The notes under the pieces are model-generated. The model did no database searches and was not told the origin of the DNA. It saw only the letters and a list, made by a program, of their open reading frames with translations. Position numbers and translations under genes: made by a program. DNA of 32,000 bases from Candidatus Saccharimonadota bacterium (GTDB taxonomy: Bacteria > Bacteroidota > Bacteroidia > Flavobacteriales > Blattabacteriaceae), in assembly GCF_002243425.1 (NCBI RefSeq), contig NZ_CP021172.1, forward strand, positions 180,001 through 212,000, in the 5' to 3' direction. Positions within the stretch are counted from its first letter, which is position 1. Every line of letters starts with the position of its first letter. Positions 19,682 through 29,000 of this stretch are shown one piece after another.

Positions 19682-20584
19682 ATGAATGAATATCATATTC
19701 CTGTTTTATTAGATGAGATATTGTCTTTCTTAGTTAAAGAAAAAAATGGTATTTATATAGATACTACTTTTGGTGGTGGAGGGCATTCTTTATCATTATT
19801 AAATAAATTAAGTAATAAAGGTAGGGTAATTGCTTTTGATAAAGATATATATTCTATAAAAAATAATAAGATTATTGATGCAAGATTTAATCTTATTAAG
19901 ACAAATTATAGATTTATAAAAAAAAAAATAAAATTATTTAATATTAATAAGGTATCTGGTATATTAGCTGATTTAGGAATTTCTTCTCATCAAATAAATT
20001 CTCCAAAAAGAGGATTTTCAATTAGATATAATAGTATATTAGATATGAGAATGGATACTTATAATAAGATTAATGCCCAACATATAATAAATAATTATTC
20101 ATATAATGAATTATATAATCTATTAATTAGATTTGGAGAAGTAAAAAATGCAAAGAATATATCAAAATTAATTCTAAAACATAGAAAAAAAAAATATATC
20201 AAATATACATTTGATCTAATCAATCTTTTAAATTTTTTTTATAAAAAAAAAAATAAATTTTTATCAAAAATATTTAAATCTATTCGAATAGAAGTAAATG
20301 ATGAAATCAATGCATTAAAGGATTTATTAAAAAACTCTTTATCAATATTAAAACCTGGAGGTAGAATTGCTGTGATCTCTTATCATTCTATAGAAGATAG
20401 AATTGTAAAAAAATTTTTAAAAACTGGAAATTTTAATGGAATAGTTCCATATGATGAATATGGGAATAATTTATCACCTTTAATTCTTTTAGAACCTAGA
20501 ATAATTTTTTCTTCTAAAAAAGAAAAAAAAGAAAATAACAGATCAAGAAGTGCTATATTAAGAATAGCGGAAAAAAAAATATAA
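19682..20584 (+). CDS. rsmH: 16S rRNA (cytosine1402-N4)-methyltransferase RsmH (MraW)
   Basis: YHIPVLLDEILSFL...YIDTTFGGGGHS...ILADLGISSHQINSPKRGFS...LDMRMD...GGRIAVISYHSIEDRIVKKF. RsmH signatures. Confidence 0.93.
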   Translation: MNEYHIPVLLDEILSFLVKEKNGIYIDTTFGGGGHSLSLLNKLSNKGRVIAFDKDIYSIKNNKIIDARFNLIKTNYRFIKKKIKLFNINKVSGILADLGISSHQINSPKRGFSIRYNSILDMRMDTYNKINAQHIINNYSYNELYNLLIRFGEVKNAKNISKLILKHRKKKYIKYTFDLINLLNFFYKKKNKFLSKIFKSIRIEVNDEINALKDLLKNSLSILKPGGRIAVISYHSIEDRIVKKFLKTGNFNGIVPYDEYGNNLSPLILLEPRIIFSSKKEKKENNRSRSAILRIAEKKI

Positions 20585-20606
20585 CTTTTTTATTATAAAT
20601 AAAAAT

Positions 20607-20945
20607 CTAAAAACATACTAATAAGCCGGATTATGTTATTTAATATTTTTTTTATCATTTATCTGTGATAAAAGTTACCTTTTACCTATATCTGCCCACC
20701 CCCCAAATTAATAGTTAAAGGGAAAACTACACTTTTTTTAAAAAAAAGTATCTGGTATACATGGCATTTCACAACACAGAGTTTACAATATTTCACTACA
20801 GCCAAACTGTACTTTATTTCTGTTGCACAATTCCTCATCTTACGATGGACGGTTATTACCCGATGTGTTCCCTTAATGTGTCCGGACTTTCCTCATTTTA
20901 TTTAAAATATAAATAAATGCGATAAAGTAGTCTACTTTTCTTTTT
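20607..20945 (-). ncRNA. rnpB: RNase P RNA (bacterial type A), ends approximate
   Basis: A locally GC-richer island with no ORF. The reverse strand carries the universal P4 5' motif GAGGAAAGTCCGG (complement of 20882..20894). It also carries GGGTAATAACCGTCCATCGTAAGATGAGG, GCAACAGAAA and the P4 3' motif ACATAATCCGGCTTA (complement of 20622..20636). Ends are extrapolated from the usual spacing of these motifs. Confidence 0.85.
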
Positions 20946-20949
20946 TTAT

Positions 20950-22041
20950 TAAGATTGGTTATAATTTATAAAAATATTTCCAGCATAATATTTAAAAGTA
21001 AGATAAGAGTCTCTGTAATCACAAAATATATATCCTGTAAAACAATAATTCTTTACTAAAGAAATAGTTTTTTCCCAATTACAATCTTCATATAGATAAA
21101 CAGTTAGGGCCTTCATCAATCACAGTTTCTAACTATCACATTTACCACCAATAATAATATTACAATTATTCTCATTCTATAGATGAATTAATATTTTCTA
21201 TTAATTTTTAGTTTCTATTAATTTTTAGACTTGTTTTCCATAAATATTTATAAGCTCTAGACACATTTATTTGGGATTCAAAAGCTCCATCTAAAAGTGC
21301 TTTAGATACTTCTTTTGGATTTGAATTAGGATGTACCCATATAAAATTTTTATAAAAATATTTAAAAACAGAGCCTGTTACTCCTGAAAAATTAGGATGT
21401 TTTAATATCACATTTGATGTTGTTTTACAATTTGTTAATAAACAATTAATTACCCCATCAGGTAATCCAGATTTTTTAAAAATTTCCATTAAAACATTTG
21501 TATAATATAATTGTTTTTCAGATGGGATCCATAATCCAACATTTCCCATAAGGGCTGGTAAAGATATATAAGTAAAATGAAATGGTGTTATAGCAACAAC
21601 AAATCCTAAACGAGATTTCTCATTAAATATTTTATTTGCATAAAATACATTAAATCTTAAAAAAGATATTAATTCACAAGCTGTGTCAGACTTATTTTTA
21701 GATTGACATATCATTGTTGCGGCATTAATTATAGATCTATATGGACCAGAAATTAAATCAGCTGCTTTTAAAAAAATATAAGCTCTATCTGCCCAAGATA
21801 TATTTGACCAATATTTATGAACTGATAAAGATGAATTAATTGCATTATGAATATCTTTTTCTGATCCTTCATGCCAATATCCTATAATTTTTTTATTTTG
21901 GGTATAAATAGGATGTTTAATCCCACTAAAAATTTTTTCATTTCCAATATATTGAGGAATATCTATTTTAGAATTAAACATTTCATCATAATTTTTTTTT
22001 ATCTCTATACGAGATAAGATATATGCATTTACTTTAAACAT
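20950..22041 (-). pseudogene. pruA: Delta-1-pyrroline-5-carboxylate dehydrogenase (aldehyde dehydrogenase family), decayed
   Basis: The 277-aa ORF (21208..22041) matches the P5CDH N-terminal/middle part (CELISFLRFNVFYANKI, GFVVAITPFHFT, ALMGNVGLWIPSEKQLYYTNVLMEIFKKSGLPDGVIN) but has internal deletions. The catalytic-Cys segment is missing (GAFESQ--INVSRAY in place of GAFE.QGQKCSA.SR.Y). Downstream, 20950..21207 still reads IIIGGKCDS*KL*..MKALTVYLYEDCNWEKTISLVKNYCFTGYIFCDYRDSYLTFKYYAGNIFINYNQS* across stops and a frameshift. The total span of about 365 codons compares with about 540 aa in the intact family. Confidence 0.75.
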
Positions 22042-22116
22042 AAATAAATTTATATTATTTGACTTCCATAAGAGGATAATAAGGTTTTAAAATATCACCT
22101 ATAGGATTATTTTTTT

Positions 22117-23208
22117 TTAAAATTTATTATTTTTTAATTTTTTATATTCGTTATTAAAATAGGTTATATCTCTAGTAGAAAGTTTTTTTACATTTACTTG
22201 TTTTAACAGAAAATTAGAAATTTTCTTTATACCTAAACATTCTTTAATAGTAGAATTAATTTGTTTACATAAACAAATGTCATAAGAAAATTTTACTTCA
22301 GTTTTAGATGGACTAATATTAAATTTACTAGGTTCCATAGTTAAAAAAATAAAATAAGAAGGATTATATTTTTTATTTATAAGGCCTTCATAAGAAGTAA
22401 TGATAGCATCATGTATATTTTTATTTTTAATAAACCGTTTATTTAAAAATAAATATTGTTCTAATTTATTAGATTTGTAATATTTAGGGTTTGTTATGTA
22501 ACCTTGTAATTTAACTAAATTAGTAGTTTTTTTTATTTTAATTAAAAATTTGTTTATTTTTTCCCCAAAAATCTGTATTATACGTTCTTTATATGAAGAT
22601 GATTTTAAATCAAATAAAATTTTGTTATCATTTTCTAAATAAAAATTTATATCATTATGACTTAATACAAGTTTATAAAATTCATTAATAATATTTTTTA
22701 ATTCTAATTTAGATGATTTTAAAAATTTTCTTTTAGCAGGAATATTATAAAATATATTTTTTATACATATGCTACACCCTTTATCCATTGCAATTGGCAA
22801 TGGATTATATTTTAATTTTCCATTTTCTATAATAAGCCTTATTCCTAGATCTGATTCTATATATCTTGTCTCAATTTCTATCTGGGTTACAGAAGATATA
22901 TAAGATAAAGCTTCTCCTCTAAATCCTTTAGTTGAAATCTTCAAAATATCTTCTATTTTATTTATTTTTGAAGTAGAATATCTCTCAAAACTTTTTATGG
23001 CATCATTTTTACTCATTCCTATACCATCATCTATAATATGTATTATATTTTTTCCTCCATTTTTTAATATGATTTTAATATTTTTTGCATAAGCATCTAT
23101 AGAATTTTCTAAAATTTCTTTTAATATTGATGATGGATTATGTATTACATCTCCAGATGCTATTTTATTTGATACATTTTTTGATAAAAATTTGATTACA
23201 TCAGTCAT
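22117..23208 (-). CDS. mutL: DNA mismatch repair protein MutL, N-terminal ATPase half only (363 aa; C-terminal dimerisation/endonuclease domain absent)
   Basis: IKFLSKNVSNKIASGDVIHNPSSILKEILENSIDAYAKNI...IIDDGIGMSKNDAIKSFERYSTSKI...TKGFRGEALSYISSV is the GHL ATPase signature of MutL. The ORF ends 75 bp from the neighbouring pseudogene. Confidence 0.85.
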   Translation of the reverse strand: MTDVIKFLSKNVSNKIASGDVIHNPSSILKEILENSIDAYAKNIKIILKNGGKNIIHIIDDGIGMSKNDAIKSFERYSTSKINKIEDILKISTKGFRGEALSYISSVTQIEIETRYIESDLGIRLIIENGKLKYNPLPIAMDKGCSICIKNIFYNIPAKRKFLKSSKLELKNIINEFYKLVLSHNDINFYLENDNKILFDLKSSSYKERIIQIFGEKINKFLIKIKKTTNLVKLQGYITNPKYYKSNKLEQYLFLNKRFIKNKNIHDAIITSYEGLINKKYNPSYFIFLTMEPSKFNISPSKTEVKFSYDICLCKQINSTIKECLGIKKISNFLLKQVNVKKLSTRDITYFNNEYKKLKNNKF

Positions 23209-23246
23209 TTTATTATATATTTAAGTGGTTTGTAACATATAATATT

Positions 23247-24587
23247 GTGAAACTCTGGCAAAAAAATTTTGTACTTAATAAAGAAATAGAATTTTTTACA
23301 GTAGGAAAAGATAGATATTTAGATTTATTTTTAGCACCTCTTGACGTTATAGGTACATTAGCACATATAATAATGTTAGAAACAATAGGTGTATTAAACA
23401 TTAACGAATTAAATTCTTTAATTAAAGAATTACATATTATTTATGATACAATCATATCTGGAAAATTTCAAATAGAGTATAATGTAGAAGATATACATTC
23501 TCAAATAGAATTAATGTTAACTAAACGTTTAGGAAAAATAGGTAAGAAAATACATAGTGGAAGATCTAGAAATGATCAAGTTTTATTAGATATAAAATTA
23601 TTTATTCGTAAGAAAATACAAGAATTAGTATTTCTAATTAAAGATTTATTCAATGTCTTAATACATTTAAGTAATCGTTATAAACATATATTAATTCCTG
23701 GTTATACACATTATCAAATTGCTATGCCTTCTTCATTTGGTTTATGGTTTGCCTCTTATGCAGAAAGTCTTATAGACGATATTTTTTTCTTAAAAAGCGC
23801 ATATAATATTTCTAATAAAAATCCTTTAGGTTCAGCAGCTGGATTTGGATCATCTTTTCCATTAAATCGGAAACTTACAACAGAGATTTTAGGTTTTGAA
23901 GATTTAAATTATAATGTAGTATATGCACAAATGTGTAGAGGTAAAACAGAACGTATAGTTTCACAAGCTATTTCATCAATAGCTAATACTATTAGTAAAA
24001 TATCTCAAGATATATGTTTATATATGAGTAAGAATTTTGATTTTTTTTCTTTACCTGAAAATTTAACTACAGGATCTAGCATAATGCCACACAAAAAAAA
24101 TCCAGATGTATTTGAATTAATAAGATCTAGATGTAATCAAATGATTTCTTTACCTAATCAAATATCAATTATAACTACTAATCTTCCTTCAGGATATCAT
24201 AGAGATTTACAAACTATTAAAGAAATTTTTTTACCAGTATTTGATGAAATAAAAAAAATAATATTAATATTTACATATATGCTTAAAAAACTAATTATAA
24301 ATAAAAATATAATATATGAAAATAAATATAAATATTTGTTTAGTGTAGAAGTTGTTAATTCTTTAGTTAAAGATGGGATTTCATTTAGAGAAGCATATAA
24401 AAAAGTGGGACTAGATATCCAAAAAGGAGATTTTACCCCTATTACTGATATAAAACATTCTCATGAAGGAAGTATAGGAAATTTATGTAATAAAAAACTA
24501 AAATATATAATGATAAAATTAATAACAAATTTTAAATTTGAGGCTGTTAATAACGCAATTAATAAATTATTAATAACAAAAAAGTGA
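23247..24587 (+). CDS. argH: Argininosuccinate lyase
   Basis: GTG start at 23247 (MKLWQKNF...). IHSGRSRNDQVLLDIKLF, GYTHYQIAMPSSFG and GSSIMPHKKNPDVFELIR (fumarate-lyase signature GSS.MP.K.NP) are present. Confidence 0.94.
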   Translation: MKLWQKNFVLNKEIEFFTVGKDRYLDLFLAPLDVIGTLAHIIMLETIGVLNINELNSLIKELHIIYDTIISGKFQIEYNVEDIHSQIELMLTKRLGKIGKKIHSGRSRNDQVLLDIKLFIRKKIQELVFLIKDLFNVLIHLSNRYKHILIPGYTHYQIAMPSSFGLWFASYAESLIDDIFFLKSAYNISNKNPLGSAAGFGSSFPLNRKLTTEILGFEDLNYNVVYAQMCRGKTERIVSQAISSIANTISKISQDICLYMSKNFDFFSLPENLTTGSSIMPHKKNPDVFELIRSRCNQMISLPNQISIITTNLPSGYHRDLQTIKEIFLPVFDEIKKIILIFTYMLKKLIINKNIIYENKYKYLFSVEVVNSLVKDGISFREAYKKVGLDIQKGDFTPITDIKHSHEGSIGNLCNKKLKYIMIKLITNFKFEAVNNAINKLLITKK

Positions 24588-24658
24588 CCCCGAAGGGAGT
24601 TGAACCCCCAACCTTCTAATCCGTAGTTAGATACTCTATCCAATTAAGCTACGAGGCC
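24585..24658 (-). tRNA. tRNA-Arg (anticodon ACG)
   Basis: The reverse strand GGCCTCGTAGCTTAATTGGATAGAGTATCTAACTACGGATTAGAAGGTTGGGGGTTCAACTCCCTTCGGGGTCA folds as a cloverleaf. Acceptor is GGCCTCG/CGGGGTC (with G-U pairs), anticodon stem TCTAA/TTAGA with loop CTACGGA, and T arm GGGGG-TTCAACT-CCCTT. The anticodon ACG is the complement of 24622..24624. No encoded CCA. Confidence 0.9.
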
Positions 24659-24724
24659 TTTTTTACATTTAGTTAAAACATAATAAAATAATATAAATTA
24701 AATTTATTATAATAATATAAATTA

Positions 24725-25726
24725 ATGAAAAAAATTAATAATGATATATATTTAAAATGGTATAAAGATATGTCATTTTGGCGAAAATTTGAAGATAAAT
24801 GTAGGTCTTTATACTTAAAACAAAAAATAAGAGGATTTTTACATTTATATAATGGGCAAGAAGCTATACCTGCAGGTCTTGTTCATGCTATGGATCTTAA
24901 GAAAGATAAGATGATTACCGCTTATAGATGTCATATTTTAGCTATTGCTATGGGGGTAAACCCTAAAAAGATTATGGCTGAATTATTTGGTAAAAATACT
25001 GGAACTTCTTGTGGAATGGGGGGGTCCATGCATATTTTTAGTAAAAAATATCGTTTTTATGGAGGTCATGGAATTGTTGGCGGACAAATACCTTTAGGAG
25101 CAGGAATTGCATTTGCTGATAAATATTTTTCTCGTGATGCTGTAACAATAACAATTATGGGGGATGGAGCTGTTAATCAAGGATCACTTCATGAAACTTT
25201 TAATATGGCAATGATTTGGAAATTACCTGTTGTGTTTATATGTGAAAATAATAGATATGCAATGGGAACTTCTGTAAAAAGAAGTTCTAATATTAAAGAT
25301 ATATATAAAATAGGTTTTTCATATAAAATGCCATCTTTTTGTGTAGATGGAATGGATCCGTTAAAAATATATGAACATGCTTATAATGCAATATCAAGAG
25401 CTAGAAATGGTAATGGTCCTACATTTTTAGATATTCTCACTTCTAGATATAGGGGACATTCTATGTCAGATGCAGAAACATATAGGAGTAAAAAAGAAGT
25501 AAATGAATCTAAAAATAGAGACCCTATTCTTCTTATAAAGAAATTGATTTTAAAAAATCAAATAGTTACAGAAAAAGTTTTGAATTCATTTCAAGATGAA
25601 ATTAATAAAAAAATTAATGAATGTGTTAAATTTGCAGAATTGTCAGATTATACAAATTTAGAAAAATTGTATAGTGTAGTTTATAATCAAAAAGATTATC
25701 CTTTTTTAGAAAAAAAAATAAATTAA
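24725..25726 (+). CDS. pdhA: Pyruvate dehydrogenase E1 component, alpha subunit
   Basis: IRGFLHLYNGQEAIPAGL...YRCH...GGSMHIF...FYGGHGIVGGQIPLGAGIAFA...MGDGAVNQGSLHETFNMAMIWKLPVVFICENNRYAMGTS...YRGHSMSD. ThDP-binding E1-alpha signature. Confidence 0.93.
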   Translation: MKKINNDIYLKWYKDMSFWRKFEDKCRSLYLKQKIRGFLHLYNGQEAIPAGLVHAMDLKKDKMITAYRCHILAIAMGVNPKKIMAELFGKNTGTSCGMGGSMHIFSKKYRFYGGHGIVGGQIPLGAGIAFADKYFSRDAVTITIMGDGAVNQGSLHETFNMAMIWKLPVVFICENNRYAMGTSVKRSSNIKDIYKIGFSYKMPSFCVDGMDPLKIYEHAYNAISRARNGNGPTFLDILTSRYRGHSMSDAETYRSKKEVNESKNRDPILLIKKLILKNQIVTEKVLNSFQDEINKKINECVKFAELSDYTNLEKLYSVVYNQKDYPFLEKKIN

Positions 25727-25732
25727 ATAAAT

Positions 25733-26854
25733 ATGGCAGAAGTTATATTTATGCCTCGTCTAACCGATACTATGGTAGTAGGTACTGTTGTAAAATGGCA
25801 TAAAAAGATAGGTTCTAAAATTTTAGAAGGAGATATTTTAGCTGAAATAGAGACTGATAAAGCAATTCAGGAATTGGAAGCTGAATATAATTCTACATTG
25901 CTTTATATTGGAATAAAAGAAGGAGAAAGTGCCCCAGTAAATAGTGTATTAGCTATTTTAGGTTCTGAAAATGAAGATATTAGTTCTTTGCTAAAGCAAA
26001 AGAAAATTAATAATAATTATAAAAGAATTTTTATTTCTCCTTTAGCTAAAAAATTAGCTTTTGATAAAGGCATATCATTAGATAATATTAAAGGTACTGG
26101 AATTAATGGACGAATTATAAAAAAAGATATAGAAAGATATATTGATAATAATTTAGATGATAAAAAAACAAATAGTTCTAATGAAGTTAACCATTCTAAT
26201 ATTAGAAAAATAATTAGCAAAAGATTAATTAATTCTAAAATTGAATCACCTCATTATTCTTTATTTATAGAAGTAATTATGGATAATTTAATTAAATTAA
26301 GAGACTCGATTAACGAAAAAAAATATTTAGATAAAATATCTTTTAATGATTTAATTGTGAAAGCTTCAGCTTTAGCTATAAAAGAAAATCCAAAAATAAA
26401 TTCTTCTTGGACAGAAAAAAGTATATTATACCATAATAATATAAATATAGGTATAGCAGTAGCATTAGAAGATGGTTTAATTGTTCCTGTAATTAATCAA
26501 GTAGATGAAAAATCTTTAAGACAAATTTCTTTTGAAATAAAAGAAAAAGTAATAAAAGCTAAAGAAAAAAAAATTAAATCTAATTCATTAGAAGGTAGTA
26601 CTTTTACTGTTTCAAATCTTGGAATGTTTGGTATAGATTCATTTACTTCTATTATAAATCAACCTAATTCTTGTATTTTATCTGTAGGAAGTATTAAAAA
26701 AAAACCTATTATAAATAATGATAAAATTGTAATAGGTCATACTACTAAATTTACATTAACATGTGATCATAGAATTATAGATGGTGCAGTAGGTAGTGAT
26801 TATTTAAAAAGTTTAAAAAACTTATTACAAGAGCCATTAAATATTATTATTTAA
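25733..26854 (+). CDS. Dihydrolipoyllysine-residue acetyltransferase (2-oxoacid dehydrogenase E2)
   Basis: One lipoyl domain (GDILAEIETDKAIQELEAE), a peripheral subunit-binding domain (ISPLAKKLAFDKGISLDNIKGTGINGRIIKKDIE) and a catalytic domain with DHRIIDG. Confidence 0.92.
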   Translation: MAEVIFMPRLTDTMVVGTVVKWHKKIGSKILEGDILAEIETDKAIQELEAEYNSTLLYIGIKEGESAPVNSVLAILGSENEDISSLLKQKKINNNYKRIFISPLAKKLAFDKGISLDNIKGTGINGRIIKKDIERYIDNNLDDKKTNSSNEVNHSNIRKIISKRLINSKIESPHYSLFIEVIMDNLIKLRDSINEKKYLDKISFNDLIVKASALAIKENPKINSSWTEKSILYHNNINIGIAVALEDGLIVPVINQVDEKSLRQISFEIKEKVIKAKEKKIKSNSLEGSTFTVSNLGMFGIDSFTSIINQPNSCILSVGSIKKKPIINNDKIVIGHTTKFTLTCDHRIIDGAVGSDYLKSLKNLLQEPLNIII

Positions 26855-27559
26855 TAATTTTAAATATATAATTGGAAGGATGAATATACTAAGACTAATT
26901 AAAGAAAATGAAATATTCAAAATTTTACTTTGTAAAAAAGTAGTAAAATAATCATCTGGATATAGAATCTCATAAATAGAAATGATTAATTTGAATCCTA
27001 ATAATATTATTATAATAAATGCAGATTTTTCTAAAGAAGAATAGATTTTTTTAAATCTTAATATCTTTATTGTACTAATTCTTATTAAATAGAGACTGAT
27101 AAAGATTCCTAAAACAATTAATAATGTATTATTGGAATAAGATAATCCTCCCAAAATGTTATCTATTGAAAAGAAAATATCTATTATTTCGATATAAATA
27201 ATCGTTTTCCAAACTTTAAAATTTTTATTTAAAAATATAAATGTTCTCTTTTTAGAGAGAAAATGATTAATTCCTAAATATATTAAGTATGAACCCCCAA
27301 TTATCTTTAACAACCACATTTTCATTATTACAGAAGCAAAAAATAAAGAAATTATTCTAAATATATATGCACCTATAATACCATATTTTAACGCTTTTTT
27401 TCTATCTTCTTTATTAAGGTGACTAACCATAGTAGTTAATATTGCAGCATTATCTATAGATAATATAGCTTCTATTAAGACTAAGTTCAAAATTCTAGAT
27501 ATAGAATGTATAGGATTGTATACAATTTCTTTTAAAAGATTTATGAATAAATGTGACAT
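26837..27559 (-). CDS. TerC-family integral membrane protein
   Basis: 240-aa polytopic membrane protein with the duplicated TerC motif (LSIDNAAIL... and FSIDNILGG...). The 3' end overlaps the E2 gene convergently by 18 nt. Confidence 0.75.
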   Translation of the reverse strand: MSHLFINLLKEIVYNPIHSISRILNLVLIEAILSIDNAAILTTMVSHLNKEDRKKALKYGIIGAYIFRIISLFFASVIMKMWLLKIIGGSYLIYLGINHFLSKKRTFIFLNKNFKVWKTIIYIEIIDIFFSIDNILGGLSYSNNTLLIVLGIFISLYLIRISTIKILRFKKIYSSLEKSAFIIIILLGFKLIISIYEILYPDDYFTTFLQSKILNISFSLISLSIFILPIIYLKLLNNNI

Positions 27560-27604
27560 TTAAGTTATAATTATGTTTTTTAAAAAATATATATACAAAT
27601 AACA

Positions 27605-27920
27605 ATGTTATATGTATTTATAGAAGGTGGTGGCAATTCCTATGATATATATGGAACTTATTTTACATTAAATACAGCAATAGAAGTTATGGGATGGGAA
27701 AATATTCAGTATTTAGAGCGTAGTAGGTACTGGAGCTTTCTTATACCAGAAAAAAAAGTATAATTATTGTTTCTGAAGGCTAAATCTACAAAAAATCCTT
27801 ATTATGAGATACGTAGATTAAGTCATACTACTTTTTCAGATAGTGTTCTTGCTAGTAGCTTTAATTTAAGGTAAAAAAAACGTAATGACCAGAATAAAAG
27901 TAAGATTTCCTAGGCCTTAA
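27605..27920 (+). pseudogene. pfkA: 6-phosphofructokinase relic (heavily deleted and frameshifted)
   Basis: Frame A reads MLYVFIEGGGNSYDIYGTYFTLNTAIEVMGWENIQYLERSRYWSFLIPEKKV* (compare PFK ..VIGGDGSY.GA..L, ..ALNTA.EAID, ..VEVMGR..G..AL..G.AGGA....IPE). An IIIVSEG* segment lies in another frame (PFK IIVVAEG). Then comes ..EIRRLSHTTFSDSVLASSFNLR* (PFK ..R..VLGH.QRGG.P..FDR.LASR.G). About 105 codons remain of a roughly 320-aa family, with 2 or more stops or shifts. Motifs are recalled from memory. Confidence 0.6.
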
Positions 27921-27958
27921 AATTGATATAGATCTGATTAAGAGATCAGATATTATAG

Positions 27959-28996
<1,038 letters not shown>

Positions 28997-29000
28997 AAGT

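Noticed and set aside
24461-24643. A 60-aa minus-strand ORF spans the argH 3' end and the following spacer.
   Set aside because: Its 5' half is simply the tRNA-Arg(ACG) gene read as protein, and the rest is antisense to argH.
25727-25732. The PDH E1-alpha gene is followed directly by E2, with no E1-beta gene between them.
   Set aside because: I recall the alpha-E2 adjacency with a separately located beta subunit as common in Flavobacteriia. Absence from this window says nothing about absence from the genome.
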